Assembly (NCBI GenBank): GCA_040954595.2
Contig: CM082585.2
Span: forward strand, 9,970,564-10,034,563
Length of the DNA: 64,000 nt
Direction of reading: 5' to 3'
Source: Balanoglossus misakiensis
Taxonomy: Eukaryota > Animalia > Hemichordata
Both the position numbers and the translations under genes were made by a program. Below, in pieces: positions 14,161-27,600 of this stretch (its first letter is position 1; every line of letters starts with the position of its first letter). Below the pieces are notes generated by a model. It had not been told where the DNA came from. It saw only the letters and a list, made by a program, of their open reading frames with translations, and did no database searches.

Positions 14161-17100
14161 ATGAAGTTCTCCATAATTTGTTTAATTGTCTTATTTGCCT
14201 TCTGTCAGGTAAGTACAGCCCAGTAGTTTACCATATTGTGTTTGAGCTTTAGGGTTTTAAACTGTTTAGCCAAACATTTTAGTAGACCTAATTAATTTGG
14301 ATAGTTTCTATTCGAGTCACGTTTTGGGCGTGCTCAGGCACCGGATCACGACATCATCAATTAAAATATTATTGATAAATGACTAAATCTTTACGTCAAT
14401 ATATGAAATGACTTTGAACTAGGGCGTTGATTAATAGGTTGGGCGAGTTTTGTGCGTGTAAACTGGTTTTCCCTGCAATTGCCATGATTAAAAGTGTCTA
14501 TCTCAGCCTCGATTTCGTCTATCGTCTGCTGAATTGAAAAACACATCTCCACCAAGCCTCCCTGTGAAACAGCGCAATCGAGAATCGTCTATTTGTCATT
14601 GACAGTGAGGATTCAGAGGTGTGTTTACATTTCACAATATGTCGGAGAGATCGGTATTTACATTTCACGACACCGCGTCATCTTCTCACCGAAAGCTGAA
14701 TAGAAACCACCACAAAGCACTTATCCAAATGACGCTCATCACGAAACGGGTTTAAAGATAACAGCAAAATTTCACAACTTTTTGAAAAGGAAAAAAATCA
14801 ATAAATTCCCCCAGTGACACATTGCATTGTGGCAATGTGCGAATTATGCCAATCATTCTTCTTTATTGTCGATGTAATGATAACACTAACGTATCATTCG
14901 AGGATGCCCGACTTGTATATCGTTTTCACAGTTTTCATCAGTCAACAAAAGGGTGAGAATTTTCATATCTCGACAGCTAGACGACCGTATTGCTGGAAAT
15001 CTAACCCAAACAAACCACCGAATAAATTTAATTGGACTATATAATTCATGGGAACTGTCAAACATTGTTCCTGTGTGGCCGAGTTTGTTCGTTTCTATAG
15101 GATTAATCTAATCACTGCATCTGGGTCGGATCCGTAATGTTTTGACATTTTTCCAAAGGTGTCAAACGAAATATGCGCCCTCGTGTACAGGTGAATGTGA
15201 CGGGTTTATTCCACAAAGGGAAAACTCACAAATGACTCTGAACGATTCTTAACAAAATTCAATGCAATATGAAAGACACCGCGCGGAACGAAACAAGTTG
15301 AAAGAGGTGACTTCACGGTATCTGGTGAAATTATAATCTACTGTGGAAAAACTCTCACACTGGTAATTACAACTAGACAACCGGACGCGAACCGAATGTG
15401 ATCCCACAGACGTCATGCAAAACACACAACATAGCCTACACACACACACACACACATCCATCCAACCATCCAACCATCCAACCATCCATCCATCCAACCA
15501 TCCAACCATCCATCCATCCATACACACATCGGATGAAGAGAACTCGGTCACTTCACAAGAAAAACATCATGATTGGGCAAGTGGGTGAAACCCTGATAAC
15601 AACTCCATATCTGTCTGAAGGGGACCAAAGCCCTAGTTTGGCACGACCTTTATTGTAGCCGTGGGAATAATCACTTTTAGTCATCTGGCTATCAAAGCTG
15701 AATGCACATTTTGATTGGTATTTATTAGCCTGCATTGGCACTACGTATCTATAAAAATAACCCCATTATAGCACATGCAAATAAAGTGAATGATTTCTCG
15801 ATATTATCGGTATTCGTTATATCAGTGTAATCATAGTGAATGACTTCAGATAAACCTTGAACACCTGTAGGCCCTACTTCAACATTTTGGGATATTTGTC
15901 TCTCATTCTGTGTGATAAAAACGAGCTTTCATCAAAAGGCATTATTTGTAAAGAGAACGTGGGAACCGACAGAAACCATATATTTTTATACGTTTACTTT
16001 GGTGTGGCTACTTTAGTCAAATTATTTTATCAGCCAATACCCCATTTTTGCATTGTGTAATTTAAAAGGGTTTAACTCGGGTCGATCGTGGAAGTCGCTT
16101 TCTAAAAGTTGATTTCTCAAGACAAAACATTTTTTTGCGTTACCTACCGCTGCACAGTGTACTATGATAACAGTGCTTGAAAAATCGAGCAAAATTAAAT
16201 TAATTGTTTTCCTACTTTGATTGGTACTTATGACACTTTAATTCGTTTGTCTCAAGCTGATACTTTTTGTTTGTAGCCTGTGTCTGTGAGTATTTTGCGA
16301 TTCACTGATATCCGACGAACATCTAAAAGTATTGGTTATTTGTACTTCCACACAGGCACACGACAACCCTGGGGGGTCAAATGGTCGGGGTCATCAGGAA
16401 CATGGCAACGGCAACGGGTACGGTCACGATGATCATTCATCCGAAACCCAATCGGAATCTCGTGAGTCAAGTGAATCGTCGGAGTCCAGTGAGTCAAAGT
16501 CGTCGAGTTCATCGTCATCGTCATCTGAAGAGGAACCGGAGTGCGCGGGTAGGGAGCAATCAGTTTCATTGGGGGGGGGGGGGGTGAATATACAAAAGAG
16601 TACACTAGAGGGGCTACTCGGGGATTGGATGCAGTTGAAAGTAACATGCATGCACTGGGTTTGCAGGAACTTTATTTGGGAGAAATTAATTTAAAGTTGT
16701 AAACCCTATTAAAGAGGGAAGCATTTTGACAGAAAAGGAGAATAAATCATCATAGATAATAGAGCGACTGTCGCTTGCTTCCAAGGAAAAAGCGCAACTC
16801 TATATTTTTGCACCAGCGCAACCTAGTCCGGTCCCCTGCCCCCATCCCACCGCTGGCTGCGCTACGCAACCAACGCACAAGCGCATGCGCTCGAAATTGA
16901 ATGACGTTATCATAAACATGGCGTCTGTTGGATCGGCCACGTGGTTGTGGAGTGAGCGTGGTTGGACGTCTTGGTGCGGCGCTACAGGGCTCAGTATGGC
17001 TAGATATTCTCTGAAAGTTCTACACATATTCCTTAGTTTGGATTATGCGAGACAATGATAAGATTAAGGTTAGTTTGAGACCCAGACACACAATAATTCT

Positions 17101-20100
17101 TGTACCATTTTTGTCAGCAATGTGCGCGGCCAGTGCAGTGTCCTCTACGCACGCCTGGCATACCATACCCGGGTGGCATACGAACACAAAAATGCGCTCG
17201 TGCGCTTTTTAGGCCTATATTTTATCGAATACGTACTTGAGAAATAAACCCACGTACTTAAGAAATAAACCCTAAAACTATTCTTCGCGCGAGAGAAACC
17301 CTCTTGTGTAAAATTTCCTTTATTTGCTTATTATTTTGTTAAATTATTTTTCTCCCAGATATTGATCCTGCAACCCCTTCAAAGTTCAATGCACTTTACT
17401 GACTATATGCCCTTTGATTTTTACAATGTTGGAGAGTAATTACTGCGATGTACATCATTCAAACAATGTGGTTGTTAGTTTGATAAAACCTGTATTGGCT
17501 GGGAGAGGTCTCCTTGTGCACATGTACATTTGGAATGATGCTGTGATCACTATGTGTCCTGATGTTCACTATATATGCTTGTAATTTTAGTTACTGGGGA
17601 TCCCCCTCACATCGTTGTAATAATGGCAGAAAATTTCGGTGAGTACCCAATACTGCAAGTTTATTGTCGTCATTATTTCCCATGTAGTTGATTAAAGGTC
17701 CATTATGTTTTTGAGGTACATTCTGGTATCTAACAGTTTGTCAATTTTGATCATGAACACTGCTTGTCATACAATGCGTCATATGGCATGTATTTACAAC
17801 TGGCAGGTTGGAATGACTTCGGTGAAAATGGAGCTACGCCGTTTCTACTCAGCATGGCCGCGGAAGGTGTCCAGTTCAACGAATCCTACGTGCTGCCTTT
17901 GAGCTCACCGTAAGTCTTAACTCTATATGTCAATTATGCAAATGATAACAGAATCAACTTGCATGATTGCTTTTGATTGGTCACTTCATCATATGTCTGA
18001 GGAATGTGACCAATCAAAACCAATCTGAAAAGAGCGTTGTATATCAGGTAACATCAGTGTTTTACTCTCAGTAATGCGGGTACGGTAGAGAATCTGAGAA
18101 AACAGAAATATGTAATTGGACAATTCATTATGTGTTCCCTTGTGTTTTGTTGTAAGCTTATCGGGCAATTGCAGTAGGGCATTTTGTGTTTGGCTAACTA
18201 TATAGCCTTAATGTAGTGAATGCGAAAAATGTGTCTGTTTTACAAAGTTTGGAATATTGCGTAGAAAACATGTGTGTTTTGTACAGAACGAAAATAGTTT
18301 CCTTTTTAAATAGCAGACTGGTGAGAACTCCAGGCTTACAAAATATTAAATGTGGGAGACAATATACATCAATGATGGATGTTCCTCCTTTTCTCCTTGC
18401 AGAACAAGAAGCGCTTTATTCACCGGTTACTACCCTCATCGCATTGGCATGCAGGTAAATGAACCATCTCGTACTTTCCTACTCCTAGTGATAGAGCTTT
18501 GTCGTTTTAAATCAGAAACATATTGAAGCAAATGATGAATATATTTCGGTACTTAACACAGTTTTACACACACGCGATATTTATGTGCACAGCTCAATGT
18601 AGCACGACATTCAATAAACTTCAAACAAAACACAATATCTGTAATTTTTATGGTGGCTTTCAAGTGCCTCACAACTTTCGTTCAACGAGGCACGTGCCAG
18701 TTATATTTGTTTCGCTGAATGCCAATACAATATCCTGCTCATGTCGTCCCTTGGTGACTTTCCTCCCACAGCATTTGGATGTGTACCCAAGACAATCATA
18801 CGGACTGCTCAAACAGTTCCCTACCCTCTCTGAGAAACTGAAGGAACTGTGCTACAGCACACACGCAGTCGGCAGGTAAAGTGTGGGCATGCCCGGAATA
18901 CGCTCTTTTCATGAGTCTAGCGCCCTCACACAGCCATCATGCATTTGAACTGAAAGTGAGGCCAATGGGGAAGGTGGACCAATCACATCAGAGGGATTTC
19001 CCCATTGGCCTCGCTTTGAGTTCCAGTTTATGATTACTGTGTGTGGGCACTAGACTTATGAAAAGGGTGTATTTGTCACGGGTTCGGGGAAAGCTAACAT
19101 AAGGCAACATACAGTAGAATGATAATTTCTTAAATATGTGTGACAAAAGAGTCCTCCAAACCATTCTTTTTTTGCTATTGTAAAGTGAGGAGTATATATT
19201 GAAAAAATAGGGTGTTCACCATCAGAGAAAGTAGTGATTATGAAATGCATGTTGCTTTGAAAAAAAGAAATAGATCGTACTAATCAATCTGTTTCTTCCA
19301 ATTCTTTTCATTTAACTGTTCCTTCTGACATCACTAGATGGCAACTCGGATTCTGTGCCGAAGACTACCTACCCACTAACCGTGGATTTGACTCATTTTA
19401 TGGGACTTACAGTCCAGTCTACGATTTCTATACCAAGCACTCATTTGATCCACTCACAGGTAAAAACATTGAAAATGAAATGGGCCAGTGAATGTCATAA
19501 GAAATATACGATGGTTGTTGATATGATCCACGACATACAGTGAGTGCATAGTATTATTGTTGCCATGGTATCATCTACAGGAAGGCACATGCATGTATAA
19601 GATTGAACATAGAGATTATCTAAATTGAAATTTTGTTAAGTTCTTAGAAGATTCTTGTGATCAGCCAAATTTAGAGACCATTCTCCCGCAGCAGTTCGGG
19701 TCTTGGTAAAATAAACTCATTGTCGCTGTTTTTCTGTATGTACCACAGGAGATACCGGTTATGATCTCCATGACGATGACAGATTTGTGCCAGAAGATGA
19801 CGAGCATTTGTCGGTAAGCAATCATGCGTTATGTTTGTTTTCACCTGTTTGTGGAATTGGACTTAAGAGCTTTATCTTCATTTGGGGAAAATAGTGTAAT
19901 TATTTAGCGTCTCATTCTGTGCGAGTTTGTCCGCGTTGTCTGATTTGCCTTTATGTGACAAAATGAACATTTATTTATGTCCACAGTACAAGTTTCTCAG
20001 ACGTGCTCTTCGGGTCATCAAGAAACACAAAAAACCTTCCAAGAATCCCTTATTTTTGTACACTTCCTTTGAGATGCCAGGCGTTCCTGAGCAGGTAAAT

Positions 20101-23100
20101 AGATCATTCTTCAGTTCTCTTGTTCTGTTATGCATTTTATGTGGAGGTGCACACACTTGTATACTGTGAAAGATTCGTGTTGTGTACAATGTGTTGTGTT
20201 AGGTAAAATTGTGTCACACGCATTGCGACATAACAATGTTATACTGGTATCTCAGATGTACTTTTCATATCCTGGTAGGTTCCACAAGAGTATTTGGATC
20301 AATTTTCGGACGTGGTTAACCCAAATCGCCGAGCCTTTCTTGGTAAGACTTGGGTGCGGGAAGAAAAGGAGGGGGAGAGTAGGTTGATAGAGAGGGTGGC
20401 AGCTAGACTTCATGCAATTTTTGGTATTGACTAAAATTTAGATGATACAGAAATTAATGTGTAGTGAGCTGAAATCTCCTTTCACACTTGCATCTTTTCA
20501 GCAATGTCTGCTTTGATGGACGATGGAGTTCGTGATATGGTTGATGCGCTCAGGAAGAGAAAGATGCTTGATAACACCCTGATCTTGTTCATAAGCGCTG
20601 TAAGTACGTTTCTGTTTTCGGTTCCAAAAGCCATTGTGCTACTCGGAGATCAGCCTCCTACAGACAACAGACTTCTTAGTGATGATGTCATGAATATGAT
20701 TTTCTGTTCATTTCTGACTTGGGAAGGGGGTCTCAATACTCATGTTTTTCGACCACCTACACCTTGACCTACGTCGCTGTCACAATTAATGCGGTATTTT
20801 TGTTGTTGTTTCAGAATGGTGGTGATGCGTCTCTTGGTGGAAACAACTTCCCGTTGCGTGGCACAAAGGGTTCATGCTACGACGGCGGTATGAGGGTGCC
20901 CACTTTTGTCTGGGGTAACATGATCAACGTGGCTGGAATTAAACAGCCTGGGTAAGCTAGCTACATATAAATCTGTGGAACCCCGCCCCCTCCCCTACTC
21001 TAACTCTTCCTTGCACGAATATTTGAATTTTGTCTGTTACAAAAGTGAAAGTGCAGAATTGTTACTGCCTGAAATGATTCAATCAACAGCCAAGTAGGTT
21101 AATGTAAATCTTGATATTTTATTTAGGTTAGTACATGTTACCGATTGGTTCGCGACATTGCTTACTGCCGCAGGAGGTGTAGTCGATCGTAAGTGGAGTT
21201 TCAATTTATTTATGCCCAACAGCAATAACAATGAGCTTTTATATCTTTGTTTTGTCTTAAGTTTGTGAATACTACAGGTATGTGAAAATGCATGTCACTT
21301 GACCACCATACATGATCAGCGAAAATTTCCCGTTTTACAGTATTTAGATAAAGAAGGCGTGAGTGACTTCTGACAGTCTAGTCAAAGAGTTGTGACCAAT
21401 TCGCTGCGATTTGCCTAAAAACACTTAAATGATTTTGACTCTTCAGCTGATATTGATGGGTTCGACCAATCAGACATGGTGTTCAACGGGGGTGTCACTG
21501 TAAGGGAGAAAGCTTTCCTGGCTCTGGATGACACTTCTAATTCAAGGACTGCTTACAGGTAAGAGAATTAGACCACACTGGATCATTTTCCAAACTCCAT
21601 AAGACCTGCCAAGATTTGTCCTGTGTCACATGAGATAAGTCCAATAAGCTACTATGCATTTTCATGTATTTTTTTCAATGATAAGTCACCATACCCCAGC
21701 CAGTGCAATCACACCATGCCGCAATGCATCAAGCCACACTGCAGGTCATTGCACCACACAGCATTGCATCACACCACGTACACTACACCGCAATTAACAC
21801 AGCAAGTTTCAAACCTATGATCTACCATTTGTGTTTTGCAGAGAGGGAAGCTTCAAACTGGTCAATGGAGAGACTTCGTACTGGTATCCGATTCATGTTG
21901 GCCCTGAAACAGGTAAGCCATGCACCTCTATAGGCGAGAATGGTTCACTGCTGACCAGATATGTTGTGCTGATACCCCCTGCCCCCCAACATGGAGAAAA
22001 CAGCAAAGTTTAATTGTGTATAAGTTTAATTGTCTATAACACTTTGAGGTGTGTAATGATAGGCATTGATCGATCACTACAGCATACAAGTAAATAAAAG
22101 TTGAGCTAAGGTTCAACAGATGGGTAATGTCGTACGTACGACACCCCAGTCGAGTCAGAGACTGATACAAGAGTGAGTCTTGCATGTGCCTGCAGTGTTT
22201 GTTTTCAGCAGAATGTTATCATCTCGTGGCGCGACCGGGAACTTTTTTAAGTTCAGTTTTCTTGGATAACCCGGAAGGAATTTTTACCCCAGTTTGCATG
22301 CCTAGAAAATTGCACATATCGTTAGTTTTGATCGGTATTGAAAGTGCATGCATGAAGAGATCGTCAAACAGAAAGGTTAGTGTTTTAATTAGGTAATTAA
22401 CTGATAGGCTTGAAACCAATCATTGCTTTTATTGTTATTTATATTTACTTGTTTATATTTATCTGTTTACACAGATGGACATTATGACATTGCAACGGGT
22501 GTATCTTCCCCAGTAAAACCAATCTTTGTTTTCTATTGTTATTTATATTTACTTGTTTATTTTCACAGATGGACATTATGACATTCCAACGGGTGTATCT
22601 TCCCCAGTGTTCAATTTCTACGGTGTCTATTTACCTGGACAAGGTCTGCAACCACCACCACCACCAGCTGTCCCAGTGATAGAGTTGTATGATTTGTCAG
22701 GTATGTTTTTACCCATTTAGAGCTTTGTACAAGGTGCCTCGAAGGCTATCTGCGACCAAAAGTGCGACTTCTACTTTCGTGTGCAAGTAGTTAAGTGCTA
22801 CCATCACAAATGGTATCTGCGTCTGTTTAAGACGTAAATATATTATCAAAACCGCAGCAAAAAATGCCAAAGATTGAATGGACTCTTATAGACCTAGTAG
22901 GGAGAAATCAGTTCATACGCTGTATGTGTGGATGGTCTATGGTGGAGTCGACCCAAAGCTGGCCAGTTGCAGCCACTATGAAGATTTGTCATCTGGACAC
23001 CTTGTGACGCAACTCTTTTTTCGTTTTCCAGTTGACCCAACGGAGCGTATTCTGAGCAATAACATAAGTCGAAGATTATTTATGCAGTTCAGGTTGAACC

Positions 23101-23243
23101 TTGAGCGTCAGAGGAGCACGGGAAGCCATTTCCAACACGACGCCTCACAGCTGGCAGCAGAGGGCGATCCGGCCAATTTCGGCGGAAAGTGGACGAGCGG
23201 CTGGTGCGAGCCTCTGGACTACCTTCCTCCACGTACTATTTAG
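14161..23243 (+). CDS. Secreted arylsulfatase B/I/J-like protein, about 576 aa, predicted catalytically inactive
   Basis: 17 GT-AG exons: 14161-14208, 16356-16548, 17591-17638, 17807-17909, 18403-18454, 18772-18875, 19338-19459, 19749-19813, 19987-20094, 20279-20342, 20502-20599, 20815-20951, 21127-21188, 21447-21558, 21842-21912, 22569-22700, 23032-23243. They total 1731 nt with compatible phases. Signal peptide [17 protein letters not shown]; ARSB-type motifs [92 protein letters not shown]. Confidence 0.88.
15439..15528. repeat. Compound microsatellite (CA)n + (ATCC/AACC)n
   Basis: Directly visible in intron 1 of the sulfatase-like gene. Confidence 0.9.
17965..18025. repeat. Short imperfect palindrome, probably a MITE core
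   Basis: GATTGCTTTTGATTGGTCAC ... GTGACCAATCAAAACCAATC. A similar GATTGG...CCAATCA fold-back occurs at about 47557-47611. Confidence 0.6.
18897..19073. mobile_element. Palindromic MITE-like fold-back element
   Basis: Arms of about 75 nt (AATACGCTCTTTTCATGAGTCTAG...GAGGCCAATGGGGAA and TTCCCCATTGGCCTC...CTAGACTTATGAAAAGGGTGTATT) around a short spacer, in an intron. Confidence 0.7.
22412..22608 (+). repeat. About 100-bp tandem duplication spanning an intron/exon boundary
   Basis: Two copies of AAACCAATC...ATTGTTATTTATATTTACTTGTTTAT...ACAG|ATGGACATTATGACATT(G/C)CAACGGGTGTATCTTCCCCAGT. Confidence 0.92.
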
Positions 23244-24634
23244 GACAGATCGATAAGTAAACAAATGAATAATCAGTCTGAAAGCACATGAAAACCATTA
23301 GTGCCTTGCTTTCTGCTGAGTAAATTCCATCCACTGCATTAATTGTGGAGTAAACAAAATTTTCCCTGGTGCATGTTACACCGAGAAAACACATACATAT
23401 AAACACACACTAATTTTCCTGTACTTCTCTGTTTAGCAGTTGTGGTGGAAGTTCTAGTGTTCTGTAAGATGATGGCAATTAAAATAACTCTAATCAGAAA
23501 CCTATAAATTGGGTTTTTGTATCAGTCATTGAGATCTCCGGCATCATAGCAATTCTAGATTTAGAGCCTGAGCCAAAACGAATGAGGATCCTGCATCCAT
23601 GAACAAGATTGAGGGATGCCTTTATGGGGAATAACTATGTGAAACCCCTGAGGGTTTAATTCCCAGTTAATAAATAAACTCGTGAAGGCCAAGTCTTTAT
23701 ATAAACTTACTTTATTACAGAATGATGGAAAAAATACCAAAGCATCAGAATTACAGCATTTGTGATTAAAGGAGTCTTCCGAGAACAATACGGTCAACTT
23801 CTTGATCAATTTTGTCAAGGAGATCAAGATAACAAATTTCTGTGGCAAAAAAAGCTGGAGAATAATTAAAAGTACTGAGTGTCCTTCATTTTGTACATCA
23901 TAAAAATGCTCTCTGTACATATTAAATAATATACGCATCGTAAGATGTCATTTTTTGTATATTGAAGGCACAAACAAAGACAGCATTGTCTTGCTATGGA
24001 AAGCATATTCGAAATTACTTTGTTTTTGAGACAATTCAAACATGTGCATGATAAAAGTATCTCTGTTTGACCTGAACACTTCCCTCCCTTGCAAATAGAG
24101 AAACTACACTTCAACTAGGTTGATTACTAAAAGGGGTTTCCAGACATTTCCTCAGCACTGACACACAACAATCGTGTAAGGTTCATGTAAATGGTGGGTG
24201 CATCAACAAATGCCATCCCCTCTGAAAACAAAGTTAATCTAATGAGTCCGAATGCCAGAAGACCGCGGATAAGAAGGTACAGAATAAAGTGTATGGAACA
24301 GCCTTGAAAGAAACTGAAAGGAGTACAGTCACCTTTGATTTACAATGTTTGGTTAAAAGGGCTTTCCATGGCAACTCGAAAACCCAACACTGTCAAATCT
24401 TTCTGGAAGGCCTGATTCAGGAAGGTATACTTTTAACTGTAAACCATTAACTCTCCCAGGGTTTTAATTTAAACTATTTTGAACTTTTCTAGGCACGGGT
24501 CTCCAAACCCCTCCCCCTGTCATTCATATTTGTATTCAAAATCTAGCAAAAGAAACAAAATTAAAACCAAGCGACAATTCAAAGCCTTGCTGTAGTAGTA
24601 GTACATTAACTTAAATTGTGCAAAAATAAAGAAT

Positions 24635-27600
24635 TTAATTAAAATTGAATTTGAAGTTGAAAGGTCCTCCACCCGATCCAAATGGATTGAAATTTCCCCA
24701 GTGTTGATGATGATGACCTCCTTGTTGTTGTTCGGGATCTAGTGGATCTTCACCTGCATCAAAACGTTTTCTCAGTTCTGAAAAAAAAACGGATAAAAAA
24801 CATCAATATACAGTCAAAACTCAGTGTTTCATTCAAAATGCCATCAACGGGGGTGGGGGGATCTGTTAGTGACTTTGTATAGACCTCTGACCACCTACAC
24901 TTGACCTGATTTGACCTTACCTGGATCTGTTAGCACCTCTTTGGCAGCTGCAATGTCTATAAACTTGTCTTCTGCTTGTTTTTTCTCTATTTCATCAAGG
25001 AAGTTATCTGGATGCCACTGTTGTGCTAATTTCCTATAAGCTTTTACAATGTCTCGCTTTCTTGAATTCCTGCAAAGAGGAAGGGACATTCAATAAGTCT
25101 ATCAAAGGCAGTATCACACGACTCCTTCACAGAACACTGCAGTGTATTCAGAATGACATTTCATTACAGAGCGGCCTATAGGTTAATTTCTTACCTTGGA
25201 ACACCTAAGATTTTGTAATAATCCCTCTTTTTGGACTGTTTTAAAAGTTTATTTGCTCTGTCCAGACCTTCTTTCGTCCTTTGATTGTCTTCTATTTCCT
25301 TGGCTCTTTGGTAATCATTTACAGCTGTCCGGGACAAAAAACATTGAATTGATTTAAAATGTGCACCACGATGGTTCCATGTGAAAATCACACACAAGCA
25401 CCCACCCTAACACACACACCCCAATTTAACTAAGTGATGTTGGGTTTTCGAAAAGTGTGAGTATACCCTAACCATGTGTTGAAAGGATAAGTAAAACAGT
25501 GTAAAATACATAACGGTATGTCTGATAATAGCCAAGGAATAGCATAGACAACTCACCTTCTTCATACTGTTCATTTGCTATATATGCTTCTGCTCTGTCT
25601 ATAAATGCATCTAAATTATTTTCATCTTTTTTGATAATCTGTGTACACACTATAATAGCTTTAATTGCATCTTTATTCTGTAAAAGAAACAAATATACCA
25701 CATACGGTGAGGTTTACACAAGATGCAAATATTGGACAAAAATATCAGAAATTGCTTTCTCCACATTGTTTCCTATGGTTCAGTTGGACCTCTAAAGATG
25801 GAACTGGGGGTGAAAGCATTGAGAATAACTCACTTTTGAAAGACAAGTACATTTCTTCTGTTCTACTCGCTCTCTAAATGGAGGCACCTCTGGTTCTGTT
25901 TTCATCGCTGCTTCGAGTTTCTGGAGGGCGTCGTCGTACAGCCCCTGGTTCATGTACTCTTGAGCCGATTCAAATTGCTTGTTCAGTTTCTTTGCTTTTT
26001 TGTAATGTGGAAAGCACTGTTTGTGGTCGGGGTCCAGTTTCAGACAATCTCTGATGGCTCTGCGAGGAGGAGAAACAGAAAAACGCAACAGTGCAGGTCA
26101 GTATGGGTTGGATTTTTCGTGTGTGTATGCAATTGCACAAAGTAACTTTCATTGACAAAGACAAGAAGACGTTTTTCTGAAGAAGAAAAAACCCTCGACG
26201 CCACTAAACTTACAGCAATGACTCTTCCAAATCTCCAAGTGAATAATGTAAAGTACTGAGTTTATAAAATGCTTCTGTGTTATCTGGCACCATCTTGGCT
26301 GCTGGTCTGATATCATCAATTGCTTTTCTGGGTTGTCCCGACCTTATGTAGGCGTCCGCTCTTTTGTTTCTCAGATCAAGGTTCCATGGACAGTGCTGGA
26401 GAGATGAGAATAAGTTGCAGTGTGAAATGACAGGCTGCATGTGCTTGATATTTATAATGCCTTTTTTTCACCGCTGAAACAACACTCATGATGGTCACCA
26501 GAATAAAATGAACTCTCCTGAAAGTTTCAACCATTAAATGGAAGGGGTGGAGGGGTAGACTGACCTCAATGACTACAGAAAGATACTGAATTGCTTCTTC
26601 ATATTTGTCTTCACCTAAAAGATAGTCTGCATACTCTGAGTTCTTTATAAGGGGGTCAATCAGGTCCACTTTGGCCTTAGCGTCTGCATCATTGGGGTTC
26701 ACACTGAGCTGTAGGATGAGAGGAGAGATGATGTTGAGCACTGGTCTCCCTGGTAACGACTGACACTAAATGTAGGTCAATCTATTTGTGTAGTACGCCT
26801 AGTAATAATAGCACACTTACAATAGCTTTATAATCTGCCTCGGCTTCATCCAACTTCCCTTGCTTCAAGAGAACACTGGCTCTGTTCGATCTGGCAGCTG
26901 TAAAGTCTGGCTTCAACTTGATACACTTGTCTAAGTCTGGCAGTGCGAACTTAGACTTTCCCATGGCTAGATACACAGTTGCCCGTCTGAAGTAACTCTG
27001 ATAATTGTCCTTATCACCCTCTGGATAATAATAAATTCAAAAGATGTAATTTACTGTCTATGGTTTAATCATAAACAGTCACTATGGTTTTTTTTAGTTT
27101 GCAATAATGTTATATTGAGATTTCACATATGATTCACATACACATCTTTTCCTGAACAGTTTTTTTTCTTCTTGACTTACCAATGGCTGCATTGTAATGC
27201 GACAGTGCATCCGCCAACTGACCAGCTGCTAGGAGTTGTTTCCCAAGTTCAAGATGTTGCTCCACATCTTGTTGTGATGCTTTTCCTTCCACGCCTGCAC
27301 AAATCAAAATAGGAACAGTGAAAACTCAAGATTAAGCACAGGGCAGCATTGCAGAGACCATCTTTTTCACTTGACAACATATTTCTCCATCTGTAAACAC
27401 CCTGAGGGTATTTACACCTGACAGATAGCGACAGTGTTCAAAATCAAACATTCAAAATACATGCATCGCTTTTTTTAAACCGTTAAGATCGCTCTAGATA
27501 AATTAATTTACACATCAATCGACGTATTAAACTTAGACGCATAGTTATCTGTGTATAACACACACGATAAGTACACGTGTAATAAGAGGTGTACACACCA

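Noticed and set aside
17902-17904. Ser-type sulfatase as evidence of bacterial horizontal transfer with anSME maturation
   Set aside because: The gene has 16 spliceosomal introns and animal ARSB-type motifs, other catalytic residues are also lost, and there is no radical-SAM maturase in the window.
17965-18025. Hairpin as a pre-miRNA
   Set aside because: It resembles other GATTGG/CCAATCA fold-back repeats in the window and has no recognisable mature miRNA.
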